DNA of 50,401 bases from Patescibacteria group bacterium. GTDB taxonomy: Bacteria; Patescibacteriota; Patescibacteriia; 2-01-FULL-39-33. This document shows positions 10,387 to 18,354 of the stretch, piece after piece (the first letter of the stretch is position 1; each line of letters starts with the position of its first letter). Where the stretch lies: NCBI GenBank assembly GCA_041671305.1, contig JBAZBX010000004.1, positions 1 to 50,401 of the forward strand. The letters run 5' to 3'. The notes under the pieces were generated by a model that was not told the origin of the DNA, made no database searches, and saw only the letters and a program-made list of their open reading frames with translations. Both the position numbers and the translations under genes were made by a program.

Positions 10387-10929
10387 ATGAAATCCAGATT
10401 ATATACAAAATATCAAGAAGTAAGGCCAATTTTGAAAGATAAATTTGGCATCAAAAATGCCATGGCCATTCCTAAGATAGTCAAGGTTAGTATTAATAGT
10501 GGTATAAATGCTAGAAGCACAGATAGTCATTTTGTGGAATTGGTGGACAGCACTTTGACTAGGATTACTGGACAGAAGCCAATTCATACCAAGGCCAAGA
10601 AAGCTATTTCTGCTTTCAAAGTCAGAGAGAATATGGTGGTTGGAGTCACGGTAACCTTAAGAGGTCAAAAAATGTATGATTTTCTTGAAAAGTTAATCAA
10701 TATTTCTATTCCTAGAATAAGGGATTTCAGAGGATTATCCGAAAAAAATATTGACAAGCAGGGCAATCTTAATTTAGGGTTCAAAGAACATAATGTTTTT
10801 CCCGAAATAAGAAGTGATGAAGTAGAAAGATTACATGGACTTCAGATTTCCATTTCTACTACAGCCGGCGACTTTGAAAAAGGATTAGAGCTATTTAAGC
10901 TCCTAGGATTTCCATTCCAAAAGAAATAA
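10387..10929 (+). CDS. rplE: 50S ribosomal protein L5
   Basis: 180 aa with PRIRDFRGL and NLGFKEHNVFPEI motifs. Confidence 0.98.
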   Translation: MKSRLYTKYQEVRPILKDKFGIKNAMAIPKIVKVSINSGINARSTDSHFVELVDSTLTRITGQKPIHTKAKKAISAFKVRENMVVGVTVTLRGQKMYDFLEKLINISIPRIRDFRGLSEKNIDKQGNLNLGFKEHNVFPEIRSDEVERLHGLQISISTTAGDFEKGLELFKLLGFPFQKK

Positions 10930-10941
10930 GATTTATAATAT

Positions 10942-11127
10942 ATGGCAACAGAAGCTCAAATTGCAAAATCCAAAAAGACACCCAAGTTTTCTAGTCGTAA
11001 AGTAAACAGATGCTGGAGATGTGGCAGAAGACATGGTTATATCCGAGATTTTAAGTTATGCAGAATTTGTTTTAGGGAATTGGCGAATAACGGTCAGATT
11101 CCTGGAGTTACAAAGTCTTCATGGTAA
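10942..11127 (+). CDS. rpsZ: 30S ribosomal protein S14 type Z (zinc-binding)
   Basis: 61 aa with [23 protein letters not shown] (CxxC...CxxC). Confidence 0.97.
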   Translation: MATEAQIAKSKKTPKFSSRKVNRCWRCGRRHGYIRDFKLCRICFRELANNGQIPGVTKSSW

Positions 11128-11152
11128 TTAATATTTAATTATTTATTTTAAT

Positions 11153-11551
11153 ATGACAGATCCAATTGCAGACATGCTTACCAGAATCAGAAATGCTTCC
11201 CGAGTTAGGAAGGCTGAGGTTTTTATTCCATTTTCCAAAATAAAATTGGGTATTATTAAAATTATGAAAACTCATGGATTTATTGAAGGATATAGCGAAA
11301 TTAAACCCGGAGAAGAGGATAAATTTGGCGGTATTATGGTCAAACTTAAATATGAAAACAATATTCCGGCCATGTCCAGCTTGAAAAGAATTTCCAAACC
11401 TGGAAGAAGAGTTTATGTGGCCAAAGATGAGATGCCTAATGTATTGAATAATTTTGGACTAGCTATAATTTCCACTTCACAAGGATTATACACCAATAAG
11501 GAGGCCAAAAAAATGGGTCTTGGCGGAGAGGTTGTTTGTGAAATTTATTAA
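11153..11551 (+). CDS. rpsH: 30S ribosomal protein S8
   Basis: MTDPIADMLTRIRNA start; 132 aa. Confidence 0.98.
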   Translation: MTDPIADMLTRIRNASRVRKAEVFIPFSKIKLGIIKIMKTHGFIEGYSEIKPGEEDKFGGIMVKLKYENNIPAMSSLKRISKPGRRVYVAKDEMPNVLNNFGLAIISTSQGLYTNKEAKKMGLGGEVVCEIY

Positions 11552-11605
11552 AATAACCAATAATCAAGAAATAATAACCAAAATTGGTTATATAAGTAAA
11601 ATAAT

Positions 11606-12151
11606 ATGAGTAGAATAGGCAAACAATTAATAAATATTCCAAGTGGCGTTGATTTCAAAATTGAAGATGGTTTTGTGGTTATCAAAGGACCTAAGGGAGA
11701 ATTAAAACAGTTTATCCATCCCAAGGTGACTGTTGAAGCTAAAGATGGAATTATTACGGTCAAAGTTCAAGATGAAAATGATAAGAGCCAAAAAGCCTTG
11801 TGGGGTTTATACGGTAGCTTGGTCAAAAATATGGTTACGGGAGTCACTACGGGATTTGTAGAAAAGTTGGAAATTAATGGAGTTGGCATGAGAGCGGCTA
11901 TAGCCGGCAACAAATTGGTTCTCAATGTTGGCTTTTCTCATCCGGTAGAATATAATATACCTGTCGGGATGCAGATAGCTGTAGAAGGAAATATTATTTC
12001 CATAAGCGGTATAGATAAGCAGATAGTCGGTGAGATTGCAGCACAGATCAGAAAAATTAAGAAAGTTGAACCGTATAAAGGCAAGGGCATTAAGTATGTT
12101 GGCGAGCAAGTGCGTCGCAAGGCTGGTAAAGCTGCAGCTAAATCTAAATAG
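11606..12151 (+). CDS. rplF: 50S ribosomal protein L6
   Basis: MSRIGKQLINIPSGV start; PYKGKGIKYVGE near the C-terminus. Confidence 0.98.
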   Translation: MSRIGKQLINIPSGVDFKIEDGFVVIKGPKGELKQFIHPKVTVEAKDGIITVKVQDENDKSQKALWGLYGSLVKNMVTGVTTGFVEKLEINGVGMRAAIAGNKLVLNVGFSHPVEYNIPVGMQIAVEGNIISISGIDKQIVGEIAAQIRKIKKVEPYKGKGIKYVGEQVRRKAGKAAAKSK

Positions 12152-12172
12152 TAAAGCCGGAAAAATAATTAT

Positions 12173-12526
12173 ATGAATAAAGTAAAATCAAAAATACAAA
12201 CAAAAGAGAGAAGACAGGCAAGAACGAGAGCCAAGATCTCTGGCACTGCAAGCCGTCCTAGAATTTCTGTTTCTCGCAGTTTGAATCATATTTATGTTCA
12301 GATGATTGATGATGCATCAGGGAAGACAATTTTGTCGGCTAAGGATGGCGAAGTTAAGGCTGGAAAGAATAAAGTAGAAACAGCCCAGGCGGTTGGTAAG
12401 CTTTTGGGAGAAAGAGCAAGCGAAAAGAAGATTGCTGAAGCCGTATTTGATAAAGGTATGTTTAAATATCATGGTCGAGTAAAGGCAATTGCTGAAGGAG
12501 CCAGAGAAGCAGGACTTAAAATTTAA
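12173..12526 (+). CDS. rplR: 50S ribosomal protein L18
   Basis: RPRISVSRSLNHIYVQMIDD...YHGRVKAIAEGAREAGLK. Confidence 0.97.
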   Translation: MNKVKSKIQTKERRQARTRAKISGTASRPRISVSRSLNHIYVQMIDDASGKTILSAKDGEVKAGKNKVETAQAVGKLLGERASEKKIAEAVFDKGMFKYHGRVKAIAEGAREAGLKI

Positions 12527-12531
12527 AAAAT

Positions 12532-13053
12532 ATGAATACAAAAGACAGCAGAAATAAAAATCCTAGACTAAAAAGAGAAGAGCCTGAATACATGCAGCAG
12601 ATTGTTGATATTGCCAGAGTTACTCGTGTTATGGCCGGTGGCAAGAGAATGAGCTTCAGAGCTTGCGTGGTTATCGGCGATAAGAAGGGCAAGGTCGGAA
12701 TGGGTCTGGCCAAGGCCAAGGATGTTCCTATGGCTGTGCAGAAAGCAGTAAGACAAGCTGAAAAAAATCTTATCAAGGTAAATATTGTTAATGGCACTAT
12801 ACCTCATGAAGTTTATGTCAAGCTTGGTTCTGCTAAGGTGCTTTTGAAGCCAGCTCCTCTCGGTACTGGTATTATTTCTGGCGGTGCCGCTAGATTGGTT
12901 TTGGAATTAGCGGGAATTGAAAATATCGTTTCCAAGATTCTTGGTACCAATAATAAAGTTAATAATGTCAGAGCGACTCTTGGCGCATTGGAAATATTAA
13001 AAAAGAAAAAGAAAAAGGATGAAAAGACAGATGTCGCTGTTGAAATAAAATAG
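12532..13053 (+). CDS. rpsE: 30S ribosomal protein S5
   Basis: VTRVMAGGKRMSFRACVVIGD and GTGIISGGAARLVLELAGI motifs. Confidence 0.98.
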   Translation: MNTKDSRNKNPRLKREEPEYMQQIVDIARVTRVMAGGKRMSFRACVVIGDKKGKVGMGLAKAKDVPMAVQKAVRQAEKNLIKVNIVNGTIPHEVYVKLGSAKVLLKPAPLGTGIISGGAARLVLELAGIENIVSKILGTNNKVNNVRATLGALEILKKKKKKDEKTDVAVEIK

Positions 13054-13075
13054 GTAAATTATTTAACCTTAGAAT

Positions 13076-13567
13076 ATGACTTTAAACTTATCAAATTTAA
13101 AACCAGCCAAAGGCTCAACTAAGAAAAAAAAGAGAATTGGCCGTGGGGGCAAAAGAGGCGCTTACTCCGGCAAGGGTATGAAGGGCCAAAAGGCTAGAAG
13201 CGGTGTTTCCGGTTTGAAAGCACTGGGCTTCAGACAAACTTTGCTCAGAACTCCCAAGAGCAGAGGATTTAGAAGCATAAAATCAAAGATGCCGGTTGTT
13301 GATATTGTAAGATTGGAGAAGAAAGTTGAAGAAGGCGCTATCATTGATATCAGAAAGATGAAAAGATTAAGCCTCGTTGAATCCAATGTTAAATCCGTCA
13401 AGGTTATTGGTAAGGGAGAATTAACCAAAAAAATCACTGTCATTGCTAATGCCTTTTCTGCTGGAGCGAAAGATGCTATTCTAAAAGCTGGAGGCAAAGT
13501 AGAGATAATAGAAAAAAAGGCAATTGAGAAAAGAGCCGTAAAAACTCCAAAACCTATAAAATCATAA
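13076..13567 (+). CDS. rplO: 50S ribosomal protein L15
   Basis: RIGRGGKRGAYSGKGMKGQKARSG motif. Starts 22 nt after rpsE, so no rpmD lies between them. Confidence 0.97.
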   Translation: MTLNLSNLKPAKGSTKKKKRIGRGGKRGAYSGKGMKGQKARSGVSGLKALGFRQTLLRTPKSRGFRSIKSKMPVVDIVRLEKKVEEGAIIDIRKMKRLSLVESNVKSVKVIGKGELTKKITVIANAFSAGAKDAILKAGGKVEIIEKKAIEKRAVKTPKPIKS

Positions 13568-13630
13568 AGTTAGAAAAAGAATTTATAACTTTATTGTTTT
13601 AAAACTTTAAAACTTTATTTTAAAATTTAT

Positions 13631-14905
13631 ATGTTAAAAAAGTTAGCACAAATTTGGAAGATAAAAGATTTGCGCAGAAGTTTGCTTTTCGTTGGTGCTA
13701 TGCTTATTATATTTCGGGTAACCGCTCAAATTCCTATTCCTGGCGTTGATGCGATTGCTTTGAAAAATTTATTTGCTGGAAATCAGCTTTTGGGTTTGAT
13801 GGATATTTTTTCTGGCGGAGGCATGTCCTCTTTCTCGGTGACTATGTTGGGCGTGGCTCCATATATCACTGCCTCAATTATTTTTCAGCTTTTGGCCATG
13901 GTTGTCCCCAAATTGGAGGAGTTATCCAAAGAAGGGGAATATGGCAGGAACAAAATTAATCAATGGACTCGTTGGTTGAGTGTGCCTTTGGCTATACTCC
14001 AATCATTCGGTATGATTACTATACTTAGAAATTCCTCAGCCAATGTCATTGGTGCTTTCTCTCCATGGCAGATGGTAGTAGCTGTTTCCACAATTACTGC
14101 AGGTACAATTTTCTTGATGTGGATTGGTGAACTTATTTCCGAAAAGCAAATTGGCAATGGTATTTCTTTGATAATCTTTGCCGGTATCATCTCGGGACTT
14201 CCAGCGGCGTTGAGCAGGAATTTGGCTACATTTGATACTACGGCCATAATCAATATGGTAGTTTTTGCCGTGATTGCTCTTATCACTATTGTTGGGGTAG
14301 TTATTGTGACAGAGGGACAGAGAAATATTCCGGTTTCATATGCGAGACGAGTAAGGGGCAATAAGATGTTTGGCGGAACCAATACTCATCTGCCTATCCG
14401 CGTGAATCAAGCTGGTGTAATTCCTATTATTTTTGCAATTTCTATAATCTTGTTTCCACCGATGATTGCGAACTTTTTTGCTAGTGCCAAAACCGCTGTG
14501 ATTGCTAATTCTGCTCAATGGATTATTCAGCTATTTCAAAATCAACTTTTTTATGGAATATTATATTTTGTTATGGTGGTAGCTTTCACCTATTTTTATA
14601 CAGCTGTTATTTTTCATCCAGATCAGATATCTGAGAACTTACAGAAGCAAGGCGGATTTATCCCAGGAATCAGGCCGGGTAAAAGCACGACAGACTATTT
14701 GCAAAAGATTGTTACCAGAATCGTCTTTACTGGAGCCTTGTTTCTTGGTATTATAGCAGTTTTGCCTCTGGTGACGGCACAACTTACCGGAACTCAATCA
14801 TTGGTTATTGGTGGTACTAGCTTGCTTATCGTCGTTTCTGTGGTTATTGAAACCGTCAATCAGATCAATGCTCAACTCTCCATGAGAGATTATGAAGAAA
14901 TATAA
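13631..14905 (+). CDS. secY: Preprotein translocase subunit SecY
   Basis: 424 aa, about 10 hydrophobic helices, GVAPYITASIIFQLL and GGTSLLIVVSV motifs. Operon position fits. Confidence 0.98.
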   Translation: MLKKLAQIWKIKDLRRSLLFVGAMLIIFRVTAQIPIPGVDAIALKNLFAGNQLLGLMDIFSGGGMSSFSVTMLGVAPYITASIIFQLLAMVVPKLEELSKEGEYGRNKINQWTRWLSVPLAILQSFGMITILRNSSANVIGAFSPWQMVVAVSTITAGTIFLMWIGELISEKQIGNGISLIIFAGIISGLPAALSRNLATFDTTAIINMVVFAVIALITIVGVVIVTEGQRNIPVSYARRVRGNKMFGGTNTHLPIRVNQAGVIPIIFAISIILFPPMIANFFASAKTAVIANSAQWIIQLFQNQLFYGILYFVMVVAFTYFYTAVIFHPDQISENLQKQGGFIPGIRPGKSTTDYLQKIVTRIVFTGALFLGIIAVLPLVTAQLTGTQSLVIGGTSLLIVVSVVIETVNQINAQLSMRDYEEI

Positions 14906-14918
14906 AATCATCTAATTG

Positions 14919-14943
14919 GCCCCCGTTTGGGGGCTTTTTTTAT
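14919..14943 (+). terminator. Rho-independent terminator after secY
   Basis: GCCCCC (14919-14924), GTTT loop, GGGGGC (14929-14934), then a T-run to 14943. Confidence 0.85.
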
Positions 14944-15000
14944 TCTCAAAAATAGGTTAGAATAATAAGGTAATTTATTAATAATTAATTGATAAACGTT

Positions 15001-15678
15001 ATGTTTAAGAATGAAAAACCATTTGAAATTATTGTGCTCGGTCCTCCAGTTTCGGGCAAGGGAACACAGACAGAACTTATTGCTAAGACTTTTGATATTC
15101 CGCATATTTCCACTGGTCAGATACTTCACATGATCAAATCAGACACTTCTAATCCATTGTCAGCTGAAGTGATCAGTTATATGGATAATGGTAAATTAGT
15201 GCCGACGGAATTGGTAAATCGTCTCGTGGCCGATAGAATTAAGCAAGATGATTGTAAGTTTGGTTATGCCATAGACGGTTTTCCTAGAACTTTGGAGCAG
15301 GCGCAATTTATGAATACAAATGCAGATGTTGATTATGTGTTTTTGATAAAGATTTCCGATGCTACTATTGTGGAGAGAATGTCTGGAAGACGTGTGTGCA
15401 AGAATGGCCATGCCTGGCATTTGAAGTATTCTCCGCCAAAAATTGAAGGGATTTGCGATACTTGTGGCGAGGCGTTATTTCAAAGAGATGACGACAAAGA
15501 AGATGTGGTGAAAAGCAGATTGGAAATTTATCACAGAGAAACAGACGCGATTATCAAATTTTATGCTGATAAGGGAATGCTTATTGAAATAGACGGCGAA
15601 ACTCATATTGAAGGAGTTTTTCAACAGATAGTGAAGAAGATGGTGGTTGATTTGAGAAGCAAGATTGGGTGGAAATAG
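15001..15678 (+). CDS. adk: Adenylate kinase
   Basis: GPPVSGKGTQ P-loop and a lid containing C..H...CDTCG. I use the ATG at 15001, because the tracked 14989 start is a TTG. Confidence 0.93.
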   Translation: MFKNEKPFEIIVLGPPVSGKGTQTELIAKTFDIPHISTGQILHMIKSDTSNPLSAEVISYMDNGKLVPTELVNRLVADRIKQDDCKFGYAIDGFPRTLEQAQFMNTNADVDYVFLIKISDATIVERMSGRRVCKNGHAWHLKYSPPKIEGICDTCGEALFQRDDDKEDVVKSRLEIYHRETDAIIKFYADKGMLIEIDGETHIEGVFQQIVKKMVVDLRSKIGWK

Positions 15679-15702
15679 GATACAACATTAAAATAAAAAA
15701 AA

Positions 15703-15738
15703 TATCCCGGGGTCGCGCGTTGCGTAACCCCGGATTTT
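15703..15738. terminator. Bidirectional terminator between adk and the small minus-strand ORF
   Basis: CCGGGGT (15706-15712) pairs with ACCCCGG (15727-15733). An A-run lies 5' and TTTT lies 3' (15735-15738). Confidence 0.7.
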
Positions 15739-15762
15739 GGTTCGTCGCGGATGGGGACATGG

Positions 15763-15894
15763 TTATGTCCCCGTAGCGATACGGAAGATGATCGCGACGA
15801 ATCCGATGGCGAAGACTGCGGCCATGGATATCCAGCCCAATATTCCAAGGGCCTGTTTTATCCTGTAAACCAATAAAGCGCCACCAATGTTCAT
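15763..15894 (-). CDS. 43-aa hydrophobic peptide (MNIGGALLVYRIKQALGILGWISMAAVFAIGFVAIIFRIATGT), function unknown
   Basis: An ATG is preceded by GGAGGG+4 nt and by a TTGACA-17-TAGAAT promoter. The peptide has one predicted TM helix. Its stop sits in a perfect 8-bp hairpin, followed by the bidirectional terminator. The cassette is GC-rich relative to its surroundings. Confidence 0.5.
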   Translation of the reverse strand: MNIGGALLVYRIKQALGILGWISMAAVFAIGFVAIIFRIATGT

Positions 15895-15940
15895 GTTGCC
15901 CTCCAGTTTGGCTAGTGTTTGTTGGTCTAGCCGATATCAC

Positions 15941-15969
15941 ATTCTATTACATTTTGGCTAATTTGTCAA
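15941..15969 (-). promoter_or_regulatory. Strong sigma-70-like promoter driving the small minus-strand ORF
   Basis: Read on the minus strand: TTGACA (15969-15964), 17-nt spacer, TAGAAT (15946-15941). Confidence 0.6.
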
Positions 15970-16055
15970 GGGGGCGTAGTGTGATTCTATTTAAATTTAG
16001 CTAAATAAACTAAATAAAATTAGCCAAAAGGAATATATTTGTATATAATTAATTT

Positions 16056-16823
16056 ATGATCAAATTAAAAACCAAATCAGAAATTGAAACTATCAAAGAG
16101 GGCGGAAAAATTCTCGCTGATATTTTGGATTTGGTGATAAAGAAGATTAAACCCGGAATAACGACTGGGGAGCTCAATACTTATGCCGAGGAATTAATTG
16201 ATAGGTCTGGTGGCATAGCCAGTTTCAAGAATTACGACGCTCCATGGGCTCCACATCCTTATCCGGCGGCTTTGTGTATCTCGGTCAATAATGAAGTTGT
16301 ACATGGTATTCCCTCGGATAGAGTTCTTAAAGATGGCGATATTGTGGGACTTGATTGCGGACTTAAGTACAAAGGTCTTTTCACGGATATGGCCAAAACG
16401 GTCGCCGTAGGAAAAGTTTCCAAAGAAGCCTATAAATTAATTGATGTTACTCAAGATGCTCTCATGGCAGGAATTGAGGCTTTAGCCCCAGGAGTTAAAC
16501 TTTCTGATATTTCAAAAATAATTCAAGATAAGATTGAGAAGGCAGGATTTTCTGCGGTGAAGCAATTAGTTGGACACGGCGTAGGATTTTCTGCGCATGA
16601 AGATCCTCAAATTCCTAATTATGTCAGTAAGAGTTTTCCGGAAGTAATACTTAAATCGGGAATGGTTTTGGCGATTGAGCCAATGGTTAATGTTGGTGGC
16701 TGGGAAATAGAAACTCTAGATGACGGTTGGACGATTGTGACGATGGATGGAAGTCTGAGCGGTCATTTTGAACATACTATTGCCATAACTGATGACGGAT
16801 ATGAAATTTTAACTTTAAATTAA
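16056..16823 (+). CDS. map: Methionine aminopeptidase type I
   Basis: 255 aa, pita-bread fold metal ligands in context (GDIVGLDCG..., GHGVG, LAIEPM, EHTI). Confidence 0.97.
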   Translation: MIKLKTKSEIETIKEGGKILADILDLVIKKIKPGITTGELNTYAEELIDRSGGIASFKNYDAPWAPHPYPAALCISVNNEVVHGIPSDRVLKDGDIVGLDCGLKYKGLFTDMAKTVAVGKVSKEAYKLIDVTQDALMAGIEALAPGVKLSDISKIIQDKIEKAGFSAVKQLVGHGVGFSAHEDPQIPNYVSKSFPEVILKSGMVLAIEPMVNVGGWEIETLDDGWTIVTMDGSLSGHFEHTIAITDDGYEILTLN

Positions 16824-16825
16824 TT

Positions 16826-17164
16826 ATGATTACCTACGAAGATTTTGATAAGGTTGATATTAGATTGGGAAAAATAATCAAGGTTGAAGATTTTCCGGAA
16901 GCCAAAAAACCAGCCTTTAAATTAACTATTGATTTTGGCTCTGAAATCGGGATAAAAAGATCCAGCGTTCAGTTGGTAGGTTCTTATGCACGGGAAGAAT
17001 TAATGAATATGCTCGTGGCATGCGTGGTCAATTTTCCAATAAAGAAAATAGCTTCATTTGAATCAGAAGTTTTGACTTTGGGTTTTAAGAATAATTCAGA
17101 TCAGGGTTATATCCTGGTTTCTCCTACAAAAAATATGGTAAATTTGGGAGATAAGCTTTGTTAA
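16826..17164 (+). CDS. csaA: tRNA-binding domain protein (CsaA/EMAP-II-like)
   Basis: FDKVDIRLGKIIKVEDFPEAKKPAFKLTIDFGSEIGIKRSSVQL closely parallels B. subtilis CsaA. Confidence 0.88.
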   Translation: MITYEDFDKVDIRLGKIIKVEDFPEAKKPAFKLTIDFGSEIGIKRSSVQLVGSYAREELMNMLVACVVNFPIKKIASFESEVLTLGFKNNSDQGYILVSPTKNMVNLGDKLC

Positions 17165-17165
17165 T

Positions 17166-17549
17166 ATGAAATTACTCGGCATAGATTACGGCGACGTAAA
17201 AGTAGGGATTGCAGTAGCTGACACGGAAAGTGGCATGTCGTTGCCGTATGAAATTTTGAAAGGCCAGAGTTGGACTAATTTGTTTGAAGAATTAAAAAAG
17301 ATTATCAAATCGGAGAGAATTGAAAAAATTATCATCGGACTTCCCATAGATCCCAAGGGTAAAGAGTCCATGCAGGCAGAACGAGTGAGAGAATTTATTG
17401 GAAAATTAGAACAAGAAATTAATACTCCGGTTGAGGTTTTGGATGAAAGATATTCTACTCAAGAGGCTCAAAAATTATCACCAGGTCGACATGAAGATGA
17501 TGTAGCAGCGATGCTGATTCTACAGAGCTATTTAGATAGAAATAATTAG
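17166..17549 (+). CDS. ruvX: Holliday-junction-resolvase-like nuclease RuvX/YqgF
   Basis: LGIDYGDVKVGIAVAD start motif; 127 aa. Confidence 0.9.
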   Translation: MKLLGIDYGDVKVGIAVADTESGMSLPYEILKGQSWTNLFEELKKIIKSERIEKIIIGLPIDPKGKESMQAERVREFIGKLEQEINTPVEVLDERYSTQEAQKLSPGRHEDDVAAMLILQSYLDRNN

Positions 17550-17558
17550 TTTTATGGT

Positions 17559-17674
17559 GTCATTGCGAGCGTAGCCGTAACCGGCGAAGCGTGGCAATCT
17601 CGTGGAGCAAAGACGTACGTTTTTATGCTACGGGATCCCCACGGTCGGTTGATTACAACCTCCCTCGGGATGAC
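17559..17674 (+). repeat. GC-rich palindromic repeat, copy A (GTCATTGCGAG...CTCGGGATGAC)
   Basis: 116-nt GC-rich element between ruvX and recO. It aligns in inverse orientation to 46278-46365 apart from a 26-nt central insertion. Its ends are inverted repeats, GTCAT(T/C)(G/C)CGAG. Confidence 0.85.
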
Positions 17675-17686
17675 AATTCAAACCCG

Positions 17687-18250
17687 ATGACCTATCTTAC
17701 TCAAGGTATAATTCTCAAGAAATATCATCATGGCGATTTTGATCGCCATTATTTGATTTATACCAGTGATTTTGGCAAAATAAATGCCATTGCCAAGGGG
17801 GCCAAGAAAATTACTTCAAAATTAAATTCCCACTTAGATTATTTCTCGGTTTGTGACTTGATGCTAGCTAGCGGCAATAATTTTGAAAGAATTGCTTGCG
17901 CACAGACAAATCAGAGGTTTCCGGGGTTATCTCAAAATTTTTTCAAATCTACGGCAGCGATATACTTTGGTGAGGTGGTTGACGCTCTCATCAAGTTCAG
18001 CGGAGGAGATAAATCAGTTTTTTCCATCTTGACTAATTTTTTGGCTTCTTTGGACGCAAGCGAAGACAAAAAAGACGGATTGTGTCTGCTCAATAAAAGC
18101 AGTTATGAGTTGCTCAAACATTTGGGCTATGAGCCGCAAATTAAGGCCAAGAATCAGAAACAGTTATTTAAGGATCTTAATCGCCATATTCTAGAAACGG
18201 GTGAGAAAGAAATTAAAAGCTTCAGTTTTATGCTTAATTTTTTGACTTAA
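17687..18250 (+). CDS. recO: DNA repair protein RecO (short form)
   Basis: GIILKKYHHGDFDRHYLIYTSDFGKINAIAKGAKK matches the RecO N-terminal OB fold. The ATG at 17687 is chosen because the tracked GTG start at 17591 would translate repeat A. Confidence 0.75.
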   Translation: MTYLTQGIILKKYHHGDFDRHYLIYTSDFGKINAIAKGAKKITSKLNSHLDYFSVCDLMLASGNNFERIACAQTNQRFPGLSQNFFKSTAAIYFGEVVDALIKFSGGDKSVFSILTNFLASLDASEDKKDGLCLLNKSSYELLKHLGYEPQIKAKNQKQLFKDLNRHILETGEKEIKSFSFMLNFLT

Positions 18251-18291
18251 TTTCTGCTTGGCACGACGAAGCCAATTTGGCGAAGTCGGCC

Positions 18292-18320
18292 TTGCTTCTA
18301 GCAAGCTTTTTTGTTATAAT
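18292..18320 (+). promoter_or_regulatory. Sigma-70-like promoter upstream of aspS
   Basis: TTGCTT (18292-18297), 17-nt spacer, TGT-TATAAT (hexamer 18315-18320). Confidence 0.55.
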
Positions 18321-18354
18321 ATAATAAATTTCAAAGCAATAATAATTTAAATTT

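Noticed and set aside
550-13497. Numerous 60-147-aa ORFs antisense to or out of frame with fusA, tuf, the r-protein genes and secY (for example 550-912, 2514-2825, 5246-5689, 8801-9151, 13162-13497).
   Set aside because: All are fully embedded in strongly supported conserved genes. Their translations are low-complexity or nonsense and lack plausible start contexts. They are typical shadow ORFs.
15581-15940. 119-aa and 75-aa minus-strand ORFs across the adk 3' end and the GC-rich island.
   Set aside because: They overlap adk and run through the terminator hairpins, and their sequences are low-complexity. The GC-rich stretch simply lacks stop codons. The 43-aa frame with SD and promoter is the better-supported reading.
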